Source: a plasmid. From it: a stretch of 64,000 nt of DNA. The position numbers and the translations under genes are program-made. Where the stretch lies: the sequence record NZ_LR134445.1, one strand, 5' to 3'. Within the stretch, counting starts at the first letter, position 1. Each line of letters opens with the position of its first letter. Below, in pieces: positions 1-8,130 of this stretch. The notes beneath the pieces were generated by a model that searched no databases, was not told where the DNA came from, and worked only from the letters and a program-made list of their open reading frames with translations.

Positions 1-291
1 GAACTGGTGCAGCGCGCCGGCGAGCGCGAGATCTCCACGCAGAGCGCGCGGCGCGTCGCCGGGCAGATCATGGGCGCCCGGGGCGACCTCCCGCCCGCGC
101 TGCCCGACGGTACCCGGCGCGCCCTGCCCGGCGCGGGGAACGGCACCGGCGGCGCGGGCGCCGGCGCTGCGGGCACCGGCGGTGCGGGCGCGCGACCCGG
201 TGCGGCGCTACCGGACTCGGCGCTGCCCGGCGACGCGCCGAAGGCGTGGAAGCCCGCCCCCGTTCAGCCGCGCGACCACGATGCGAGGTAG
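1..291 (+). CDS. 3' end of an upstream gene (partial, function unknown; Gly/Ala/Pro-rich C-terminal tail)
   Basis: Reading frame is open from base 1 to the stop at 289-291. No recognisable domain in the 96 aa visible. It overlaps the convergent thioesterase gene. Confidence 0.3.
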   Translation, partial: ELVQRAGEREISTQSARRVAGQIMGARGDLPPALPDGTRRALPGAGNGTGGAGAGAAGTGGAGARPGAALPDSALPGDAPKAWKPAPVQPRDHDAR

Positions 292-707
292 GTCTTCTCC
301 TCGTCCGTGAGGCGGCGCAGGCTGCGCTTCTCGATGTCGACGACCGCCATCTGCGTGGTCGCCAGGATCGCCGGCTTCGATTCGGGCGCTGCGTCCTTCG
401 CGCGGACCTCGTAGCCGATGGTGAAGTCGACGCTGCGGTTCGACGCGATGTACATGCCCACCTGCACCGGCGAATCCTCGTGGTACAGCTGCGCTTTGTA
501 CTTGATCGCGACGTCCGCGATGAAGGCGCTCTTGATCAGCGGCGCGTACTTCTCGCCCGCGGAGAGCAGCCACTGGATGCGTGCCTCCTCCAGCAGCGTC
601 ACCATCCGCGCGTGGTTCACGTGGCCCAGCGCGTCCATGTCCGACCAGCGGACGGGAACGTGTGCGGTGAAGGCGAACTCGTACTTTCCGAGGCTCACCG
701 CCGCCAC
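264..707 (-). CDS. acyl-CoA thioesterase, hotdog fold (4HBT/YbgC-like)
   Basis: 147 aa. Motif WSDMDALGHVNHARM is typical of YbgC/4HBT thioesterases. Its start overlaps the stop of the upstream aminotransferase by 13 nt. Confidence 0.8.
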   Translation of the reverse strand: MAAVSLGKYEFAFTAHVPVRWSDMDALGHVNHARMVTLLEEARIQWLLSAGEKYAPLIKSAFIADVAIKYKAQLYHEDSPVQVGMYIASNRSVDFTIGYEVRAKDAAPESKPAILATTQMAVVDIEKRSLRRLTDEEKTYLASWSRG

Positions 708-1788
708 CCCGCGGCGAAGGCGAGGAAGGCGTCGTTCTCCTCGGGCACGGTGACGGTGACGCGGACGCCGGCACTGTCGAAGCCCCGGACCAGCAGGCCC
801 GCCTCGGCGGCGTCGGCGGTGAAGCGCAGGGCGTCGGCGCCCAGGGGGAGCCAGACGAAGTTTGCCTGCGTGTGCGGAACCTCGAATCCGGCCGCCAGCA
901 GTGCGTCCCGGACGCGGGTGCGCTCGGCGACGACGGCCTCGGTGCGGGCGAGCAGCTCGTCGTTGGCGTGCAGCGAGGCGATCGCGGCGGCCTGCGCGGG
1001 CACGCTCACGGAGAAGGGCAGGTGCACCTTGGTGAGGGCGGCGATGAGCTCCGGGTCGGCGATCGCGTAGCCGACGCGCAGGCCCGCGAGGCCGTAGGCC
1101 TTGGAGAAGGTACGCAGCGCGATCACATTGCGGTGCCGAGCGATCAGCGCGGCGCCGTCGATGCGCTCGCCGGTCTGCTCGTTGGCGCGGTGGTACTCGT
1201 AGTAGGCCTCGTCGAGGGCGACGATCACGTGCGGCGGCACCTTCTGCAGGAACGCCTCGAGGGCCTCCTCGGACACCGTCGTGCCCGTCGGGTTGTTCGG
1301 GTTGCAGACGAAGATCAGGCGCGTGCGGTCGGTGATCGCGGCGGCCATCGCGTCGAGGTCGTGCGCGTGGTCCGGCGTGAGCGGAACCTGGACCGGTGTC
1401 GCACCGACGACGCGGGTCACGATCGGGTAGGCCTCGAAGCTGCGCCAGGCGAAGATCACCTCGTCGCCCGGGCGGCAGGTGACCTGCACGAGGTCCTGGC
1501 AGAGCGCGACGGAGCCGCAGCCGGCGTGCAGCTGCTCCTCGGTGGCGCCGGTGAGCTTCGCCAGCTCGGCCTTGAGGGCCACGGCGCCGTTGTCGGGATA
1601 GCGGTTGGCGCTGCGCAGCACCTCCGCGAGGGCGGCGGCGACGGACGGTAGCGGACCGTCGACGATCTCGTTGGAGGCGAGCTTGATCGCGCCGGGCGCG
1701 GACTTCCCCGGCACGTAGGCGGGGAGCGCGTCGAGATCGGAGCGGATGCTCAGCGGCGCGGGGTCGGACGGGTTCACAGTGGCCACCC
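695..1788 (-). CDS. class I/II PLP-dependent aminotransferase, histidinol-phosphate/aromatic aminotransferase family (HisC-like)
   Basis: Long ORF 695..2071, but homology begins at VATVNPSD (GTG at 1786-1788). The Arg-rich extension upstream is an overlap artefact. Aminotransferase motifs present: NPNNPTG, SKAYGLAGLRVGY. Confidence 0.85.
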
Positions 1789-1865
1789 GGCCAGGGTAGT
1801 CCGACGGTCCGCCCCTGGGGGCCACCGAGGCCGGTCGCGTGGACCGGCCCCGGCGGCCAGGGACA

Positions 1866-2051
1866 TCAGTTGCCCGAGAGCTTGTCCTTGAGGGAGTCCG
1901 CGTCGCCCTTGACCTTGTCGGCGAACTCGCCCGCCTTCTCCTTGGCGGCGGCGGTGGCCTGATCGACCTTCTCGCCGGCAGCCGCGGCGGCCTCCTGGGC
2001 GCGGCCCTTGAGCTCCTCGGCCTTGCTCTTCGCGTCGTCTGCGATGCCCAT
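1866..2051 (-). CDS. CsbD-family general stress protein
   Basis: MGIADDAKSKAEELKGRA...DKVKGDADSLKDKLSGN, 61 aa. ATG at 2049-2051. First of two tandem paralogs. Confidence 0.8.
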   Translation of the reverse strand: MGIADDAKSKAEELKGRAQEAAAAAGEKVDQATAAAKEKAGEFADKVKGDADSLKDKLSGN

Positions 2052-2171
2052 GCGTGATCCTTCCGATACACCCGATGTGTTCCCCCGAGGCCGATCCCCG
2101 AGGCTTTGATTGTGCGCTGTCGTGTGCAACTGCGCTGGGTTATCGATTGCGATCACGATGGACCTGCGGTT

Positions 2172-2381
2172 TCAGTTGCCGGAGAGCTTGTCCTTGACGG
2201 CGTCGACGCCCTCCTTGACCTTGTCCGCGGCGTCGGCGATCTTCTCCTTCGCCGCGGCGAGGCCCTGATCCGCCTGGCCCTCGGCCTTGAGATCGTCGTC
2301 GCCCGTGGCCGCGCCAGCGGCCTCCTTGGCACGTCCCTTGAGATCCTCGGCCTTGTTCTTGGCGTCGTCTGCGATGCCCAT
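2172..2381 (-). CDS. CsbD-family general stress protein (tandem paralog)
   Basis: MGIADDAKNKAEDLKGRAKE...KDKLSGN. RBS GAGAGGA lies 7 nt upstream of the ATG at 2381. The ORF track extends to a GTG at 2387. Confidence 0.8.
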   Translation of the reverse strand: MGIADDAKNKAEDLKGRAKEAAGAATGDDDLKAEGQADQGLAAAKEKIADAADKVKEGVDAVKDKLSGN

Positions 2382-2383
2382 GG

Positions 2384-2974
2384 TCACGTCCTCTCGATGG
2401 TTGTTCGATCTTCATCTCGGGGGTGTTCCCCAAGTCTTCTGTCGCCGCGCCGGTCGTTCACCAGGACCTGGAACGCGACGTCGGGTCCGGTCGCGGCGAC
2501 CACGTCGTGGCGGGCGGCCGCCGCGAGGGCGGTGAGCTCGTCGACGGGCGCGCCGGGTGAGATCGCTACGGCCACCCGGATGACGGGCCGGCCCTTCTCG
2601 ATCACGGTCGACGGGCGGGCGCGCCGGATCAGGGGACTGCGCCCCAGGTCGGCGGCGACCGCGTCGGCCACGCGCCCCAGGTCGACGGTGCCGTCACCCG
2701 GGGTGTGCGCGGTGCGCGAGGCGGAGCTGCGCAGGTGCCGGACGAGGAGCCACAGCGCCACGAGCACCAGCACCGCGCCGGCCGCTCCGGTGACGGCGGG
2801 CCACCACGGCTGGTCGGGCAGGCGCACGATCGTCGGGACCGAGACGCGGTCGGCGGCGTCGGCCGCGGTCCGCTGTCCGAGCCGGTCGCCGAGCGCCCAC
2901 AGGCCGCCGCCGAGCAACACCAGCCCGACGAGGCCGGCGAGGATCCGGTCGATGACGCGGGTCGAGCCCTTCAT
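2384..2974 (-). CDS. alkaline-shock response membrane anchor protein (AmaP-like)
   Basis: True start MKGSTRVIDRILAGLVGLVLLGGGLWALG, preceded by GAGGAGGTGG. N-terminal transmembrane helix then a soluble C-terminus. ATGA overlap with the upstream gene. Part of the Asp23 cluster. Confidence 0.5.
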   Translation of the reverse strand: MKGSTRVIDRILAGLVGLVLLGGGLWALGDRLGQRTAADAADRVSVPTIVRLPDQPWWPAVTGAAGAVLVLVALWLLVRHLRSSASRTAHTPGDGTVDLGRVADAVAADLGRSPLIRRARPSTVIEKGRPVIRVAVAISPGAPVDELTALAAAARHDVVAATGPDVAFQVLVNDRRGDRRLGEHPRDEDRTTIERT

Positions 2975-3799
2975 CGGGCCACCTCCTCGGCGCTGCGGCG
3001 GTCGGGGTCGATCCGCCGGTGGAACCAGAGTTCGTCGGAGACGGGGGTGTGGCTGCGCCGGCGCGGCTTCAGTGCGGCGATCAGCAGCACCAGGCCCAGC
3101 ACGATGGCGCCGACCGTCGCGGGCCAGGCCCACCAGGACCACCGCACGTCGTCGGCGATGCGGGGCACCGCGTCGATCCAGCGGCTACCGGCGACCCAGC
3201 CGAGCGAGACCAGGGCGTCGCGGACCGCGATCACGCCGAGCGCGACCAGTGCCAGCAGGAGCGGCACCGTCGCGATGCTCGCGCCGGCGGTGCGCCGCGG
3301 TGCGTGACGGCGCAGGTCCCGGGCCGTGGGAGCGTCGTCGGCCGTGGTGGTGACGGTGCCGGGCGCGTGCGCGGTGCGGGGGCCGGTGCGTTCGTCGCTG
3401 ATCCGGGTGATGTGCACGTGCACCTCCTTCGGGGGCGCGCCCAGGCTGCGGGCGAGCTCGTCGTCGACCGCGGACCGGACCGCCGGCACCAGACGTGCGG
3501 ACTCGAGCGGCCACTGCGCGGCGATCTGCACGTCGACGTCGGTGCGCGCGCGGTCGGCGAAGCGCACGGACGGCAGCTGGCGCGTCGTGAGGCCGCGGAC
3601 CCGCTCGGTGCCGGGCACCGAGAGCGCGGCGTGCTCGACCAACCGTCGGCGCACGCGGTCGTCGATGACGGTGCGGCCCCGGCCGGCGGTGTCGACGGGG
3701 TTCCGGTCGCCGCTGTCGGCTCCGGTCGCCGCAGCGACGGTGTCGGCCGTGACCGCCGCGGCGAGCGGGCCGTCGGGGGTCACCGATTCGGTGGTCATG
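2971..3799 (-). CDS. Asp23-like N-terminal domain fused to a C-terminal transmembrane region (DUF6286-like)
   Basis: Start MTTESVTPDG at 3797-3799. Asp23-like region (TVIDDRVRRRLVEHAAL...VHVHITRI) followed by two predicted TM helices (IATVPLLLALVALGVIAV; WWAWPATVGAIVLGLVLLIAAL). Confidence 0.45.
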
Positions 3800-3800
3800 G

Positions 3801-3986
3801 TCAGCTCCGGTCGCGGCGCCGCAGGGCGGTGAGGTCGATGAGCCCGTCGAGGTGTGCGCCCACGGCCGCGCCGGCGGCGCCGAGAACGATCGCGAGCAGG
3901 AAGCCGACCAGGCCGCCGACCACGACGGCGATCGCCACGAGCAGGCCGATCACGCCTCCCCACACGGTGAAGTGTCCTGGCGTCAT
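3801..3986 (-). CDS. small two-TM membrane protein (DUF2273-like)
   Basis: MTPGHFTVWGGVIGLLVAIAVVVGGLVGFLLAIVLGAAGAAVGAHLDGLIDLTALRRRDRS. ATG at 3984-3986, overlapping the upstream Asp23 stop as ATGA. Confidence 0.6.
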   Translation of the reverse strand: MTPGHFTVWGGVIGLLVAIAVVVGGLVGFLLAIVLGAAGAAVGAHLDGLIDLTALRRRDRS

Positions 3987-4306
3987 GCGGTGAACTCCTT
4001 CGGTGCTGCGGGGCCCTGGTCGGACACCGCGATATCGGATACGACGACGTCCACGGGGACTCCCGCGGCGTCGGAGGCGGCCACGCGAACGCGGTCCGCG
4101 AGGTCGACGAGGTCGAGGTCGCGCCGGAACTCGAGGACGACGGAGACCTGTCCGCCGTCGTCGTCGAGCCGGACGCCGCGCACCGTCCGGCCCGGGAGGT
4201 ACGTGGCGGGGGATCCGGGCCCGCCGGCGTGGACGCCCACGACGCCGTCGATCGCCGTCACTGCGGCGACGACCCCGTCGACCCGGGCGGCACGTGCGGC
4301 GCTCAC
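3983..4306 (-). CDS. Asp23/Gls24-family small protein
   Basis: 107 aa with Asp23-like segments (VRGVRLDDDGGQVSVVLEF; VDVVVSDIAVSD). Translationally coupled in the operon. Confidence 0.55.
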   Translation of the reverse strand: MSAARAARVDGVVAAVTAIDGVVGVHAGGPGSPATYLPGRTVRGVRLDDDGGQVSVVLEFRRDLDLVDLADRVRVAASDAAGVPVDVVVSDIAVSDQGPAAPKEFTA

Positions 4307-4779
4307 TGGACCCGCGACTCCGTCGACGCCTCGCCGGTGGCGACGTCGTCATCGTCGGCGAAGTGGACGTCGTGGACGGTCACGTTGACCTCGGTCACCT
4401 CGAGGCCGGTCATGGACTCGACGGCGTCGATGACGTTGCTGCGGATGCCGGCGGCCAGGTCGTGGATCGCGACGCCGTACTCGGCGACGATCGTCACGTC
4501 GACGGCGGCCTGCCGCTCGCCGACCTCCACGGTGACGCCCTGCGTCAGGTCCGGCGCGCCCGGAAGGGTCTCGCGGATGCGGCCCACGACGCGGGCGGCC
4601 TGGCCGCCGAGGTCGTAGACGCCGTCGACCTCGCGGGCCGCGATGCCGGCGATCTTGGACACGACCACGTCGGCGATGTTGGTGCTGCCGCGCCCGACCT
4701 GCGTCGCGACCGCGGTCCCGGGCTTCGTGGCCGTCGTCTCGTCGGCGGTCGCGGCGGGCTTGGTGGTGGTCGAGGTCAT
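4303..4779 (-). CDS. Asp23/Gls24 family envelope stress response protein
   Basis: Start MTSTTTKPAATAD (ATG 4777-4779), RBS AAGGGAGA. Core NIADVVVSKIAGIAAREVDGVYDLGG...VTVEVGERQAAVDVTIVAEYG is canonical Asp23. Confidence 0.8.
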   Translation of the reverse strand: MTSTTTKPAATADETTATKPGTAVATQVGRGSTNIADVVVSKIAGIAAREVDGVYDLGGQAARVVGRIRETLPGAPDLTQGVTVEVGERQAAVDVTIVAEYGVAIHDLAAGIRSNVIDAVESMTGLEVTEVNVTVHDVHFADDDDVATGEASTESRVQ

Positions 4780-4867
4780 GTTCGGTCTCCCTTGTGTCGA
4801 CTGATGTACCGGGATCCGTTCCGGCACACTGGGTGAGTCGCCGTCTCGCGGAGATCGGCACGCGATT

Positions 4868-5455
4868 GTGACCCATCTCACATTTGGAGGGTGGTTGTTC
4901 GACTCGGAGCTGCTGCCGTCGCTGTCCGACGAGACCCTGACGAGGCGCGCCCAGCGCGGCGACGCCGCGGCCTTCGACGTGCTCGTGCAGCGCCACGCGC
5001 CCGCCCTGCATCGCTTCGTCGCGCGGACGATGCCCGAACGCAGCGACTGCGACGACATCGTGCAGGAATCCCTCATCGCCGCGTGGAAGGCGCTCCCGAG
5101 CTTCGCCTTCCGCTCGACCCTGCGGACGTGGCTGTTCTCGATCGCGGCCCGCAAGACCGCTGACGTGCTGCGTCGCCGCGCCCCCGTCGTCGACTCGGAG
5201 GCCGTCGACGAGGCCGTCGCGCGGGAGCCCGGCCCCGTCGAGAAGGCGACCGACCGGGACTTCCTCGACGCCCTCGCGAGGGAACTGGGACGTCTGCCCT
5301 ACCCGGCCCGTGCGGCGTGGTGGCTCCGCGAGGTCGACGGGCTCTCCATCGCCGAGATCGCGGGCGTCCTGCGGACCACGGAGGGGTCGGTGCGCGGCCA
5401 CCTCCAGCGGACGCGGCAGCGCCTCGCGGACACGCTGGGGGAGTACTGGCCATGA
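4868..5455 (+). CDS. ECF-family RNA polymerase sigma-70 factor
   Basis: Region-2 (DDIVQESLIAAWKALPSF, TWLFSIAARKTAD) and region-4 (LSIAEIAGVLRTTEGSVRGHLQRTRQRL) signatures. Divergent from the Asp23 operon. Confidence 0.9.
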   Translation: MTHLTFGGWLFDSELLPSLSDETLTRRAQRGDAAAFDVLVQRHAPALHRFVARTMPERSDCDDIVQESLIAAWKALPSFAFRSTLRTWLFSIAARKTADVLRRRAPVVDSEAVDEAVAREPGPVEKATDRDFLDALARELGRLPYPARAAWWLREVDGLSIAEIAGVLRTTEGSVRGHLQRTRQRLADTLGEYWP

Positions 5456-6048
5456 GCGATCCGACGCGGCCCGCGGAGGCCGGACCGTTGTGCAATCCGA
5501 CAGGACGTGGTCACACTGGGGGAGCGATGAGTTTCAGGCGAGTGGAGAGTGGCGACGCCGAACCGGCGCAGGCCACCGATTGGATTGCCGACGCGACGCG
5601 TCGGCTCGCCGGGCTGTCCGCACCCGACGGTGAGGGGCCCGAGGTCGACCCGCGCTGGGGCGCGGACGCCATCGACCGGCTGCGTGAGGCCGTCGCCCTG
5701 CAGGTCTCCGCGCTGCCCCGGCGGTCCCGCCCGATCGCGACGGTGCGGCCGGGTGTGGCGGTCACCGAGCTGGCGCTGTCGAAGGCGATCACGGCCGCGC
5801 TCTCCGACACGGCAGCGGCCGAGTCCGCCGCCGTCGCCGATGTCGCGCTGGATCTCACCGGCGACGGGCTGGCCGCAGTGCACGTGCACCTCGTCGCGGT
5901 CGGTGCCGACGGTCGCTCGCGCTCGCTGCTCGACGGTGGCGAACGCCTCCGCGCCCTCACGGCCGACGTCGTGCGGCGCATGGTCGGCACCGCCGACGCG
6001 CGCATCGACCTCACGTGGGAGGACGTGCTCACGCCGGAGCCGATCTAG
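5451..6048 (+). CDS. hypothetical protein co-transcribed with ECF sigma (possible anti-sigma/Asp23-like partner)
   Basis: ATGA overlap with the sigma-factor stop. 199 aa. No zf-HC2 anti-sigma motif. The C-terminal segment (VAVTELALSKAITAALSDTAA...AVHVHLVAV) resembles Asp23-type repeats. Confidence 0.45.
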
Positions 6049-6190
6049 GCGCCGTCGGACCCGTCGCGCGCATCCCGCGCGCGAACGGAGAATGACCAGC
6101 GGTTTTGTGGGTTGCGGAGAGGTTGTGTAATGTAGCTGCTCGGCGGTTGCGCGTGACCCGTAAGGATCGCTCGCGCATCGCGTCCGATTT

Positions 6191-6282
6191 GGAGGCGTGC
6201 CAGAGCGGCCGAATGGGACTCACTGCTAATGAGTTGTCCGGCCAACACCGGACCGGAGGTTCAAATCCTCTCGCCTCCGCCA
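6191..6282 (+). tRNA. tRNA-Ser (anticodon GCT)
   Basis: Cloverleaf GGAGGCG...CGCCTCC-G-CCA with a long variable arm. Anticodon loop CUGCUAA. CCA is encoded. Confidence 0.85.
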
Positions 6283-6320
6283 CGTCGGTCTTCGGACCGG
6301 CGAGAATTGAATATGGGTAT

Positions 6321-6393
6321 GCGCCCGTAGCTCAGTGGATAGAGCATCTGACTACGGATCAGAAGGTCAGGGGTTCGAATCCCTTCGGGCGCA
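6321..6393 (+). tRNA. tRNA-Arg (anticodon ACG)
   Basis: GCGCCCGTAGCTCAGTGGATAGAGCATCTGACTACGGATCAGAAGGTCAGGGGTTCGAATCCCTTCGGGCGCA. 73 nt, ACG in the anticodon loop. Confidence 0.9.
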
Positions 6394-6401
6394 CAGTGAC
6401 G

Positions 6402-6438
6402 GTCAGGGCCGGTTCTCCAGCGGAGAACCGGCCCTGAC
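6402..6438. terminator. 16-bp perfect inverted repeat (bidirectional terminator candidate) between tRNA-Arg and the convergent acyl-CoA synthetase
   Basis: GTCAGGGCCGGTTCTC-cagcg-GAGAACCGGCCCTGAC. No T-tract, as is common in actinobacteria. Confidence 0.5.
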
Positions 6439-6460
6439 TCGTATGGCGCGCGGTGCCGAC

Positions 6461-8103
6461 TCAGCCCTGGATCCGCTGGTGCCTGTCGGCCCACTCCGCG
6501 TCGCGGAGCTGCTTCTTCTGGATCTTCCCGGTCGAGTTGCGGGGGAGTTCGGGGACGACGGCGAAGACCCGCGGCGCCTTGAAGCCGGCGATCCGCTCGC
6601 GGGCGTGCGCGGAGAGTTCCTCCTCGTCGACCGACGACCCCGGCCGCAGGACGACGAAAGCCTTGGGGCGCTCTCCCCACTTCTCGTCGGGGATCCCGAC
6701 GACGGCGACGTCCACCACCGCGGGATGGCTCGCGAGCGCCTGCTCCACCTCGATCGTGGAGATGTTCTCCCCGCCGGAGATGATGACGTCCTTCGCCCGG
6801 TCGAGCAGTTGGACGTAGCCGTTCGGATGCATCACGCCGAGGTCGCCGGAGTGGAACCAGCCGCCGGCGAAGGCCTCGTCCGTGCGCTCGTCGTCGAGGT
6901 AGTAGCCCTTCATGACCATGTTTCCGCGCATCACGATCTCGCCCATCTCCGTGCCGTCCGGCGTGACGTCGACGAGGGCACCGTCGGAACCCGGTTCCGG
7001 GCGGACGACGCGGGCGCGGTCGGCGGTGAGCATGCCGACGCCCTGCCGCGCGAGCAGTCGCGGCAGTTCCTCGGCGGCGACGCCGGACCAGCTCGGGTCC
7101 GGCTCGCAGATCGTGTACGGCCCGTACGTCTCGGTCAGGCCGTAGACGTGGATGAGCTGAACGCCCAGGGCCCGCACCGCCGCGATGAGAGTGGGGCTCG
7201 GGGGCGCGGCCGCGGTGGTGACGGTGAGGACCCGATCCAGCGGGTGCGCCCGCTCGGAGGCGATCAAGAACGACAACACGGTCGGGGCGCCGTTGAGGTG
7301 GGTGATCCCCTCGCCGTCGATGAGCGCCCACATGTCGTCGCCGCGCACGGCGCGCAGGCACACCTGGGTCCCGGCCGCAGCCGCGACCGCCCAGGCGCCG
7401 CACCAGCCGTTGCAGTGGAACATGGGAAGCGTCCACAGGTACTTCGTGTCGATGCCGAAGCCGCTGTGGTGCACGTTGCCGAGGGCCGCGAGATAGGCGC
7501 CCCGGTGGGTGTACATGACGCCCTTCGGCTTCCCGGTGGTACCCGAGGTGTAGTTGATCGAGATCACCGAATCCTCATCGTCCACCTCCCACGGGAGCGG
7601 CGCATTGGAACCGCGGGCGAGCAGATCGGCGTAACTGGTCCCAGCGCCGGTGTACGCGCCGTCCTGCGCGGGCAGTTCGATGACCTCGCGGATCGTGACC
7701 GGCTGCTGATCGGCGAGGGGAGCGAGCAGGGGCGCGTCGCCGAGGAGGATCGCCGCACCGGAATGCCCGCAGATGTAGGCGACTTCGTCGGGCGAGAGGC
7801 GGGTGTTCGTGGCGACGAGCACGCCCCCGGCGAGCGGGACGGCGAAGTGCGCGACGAGGAGTTCGAGCGAGTTCGTCGCGAGGTAGGCCACCCGGTCGCC
7901 GGCCTCGATACCCGACGCGCGCAGAGCGTGCGCGAGGCGTGTGACGTGCGCGGCCAGCTCACGGTAGGTCGACCGGCGGTCGCCGTCCACCACGGCGGCG
8001 TGGTCGGGATGGACCTCCGCGGCGCGGCCGAGGAAGCGCAACGGCGTCAGCGGGGTGTCGAGGCCGGACCGCTGGGAGACGGAGCCGATAAGCGATGCGT
8101 TCA
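6461..8103 (-). CDS. acyl-CoA synthetase (AMP-binding, FadD/medium-chain type)
   Basis: AMP-binding motifs YTSGTTGKPKGV, GYGLTE, TGDLG...DRAKDVIISGGENIS. Start MNASLIG chosen because AAGGAG lies 6 nt upstream. The ORF track extends 10 codons further to 8134. Confidence 0.9.
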
Positions 8104-8130
8104 TGAGGTTCTCCTTGGTGGTTCGAGGCG

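Noticed and set aside
4780-4867. ECF-type promoter (GGAAC-N16-GTC) upstream of the Asp23 operon
   Set aside because: Not rejected outright. The -10 element deviates from CGTT, so I did not list it as a feature. It is mentioned only under the stress-locus finding.
6029-6283. 84-aa and 67-aa minus-strand ORFs overlapping tRNA-Ser(GCT)
   Set aside because: They are entirely antisense to a confidently folded tRNA. They are GC-rich frame artefacts.
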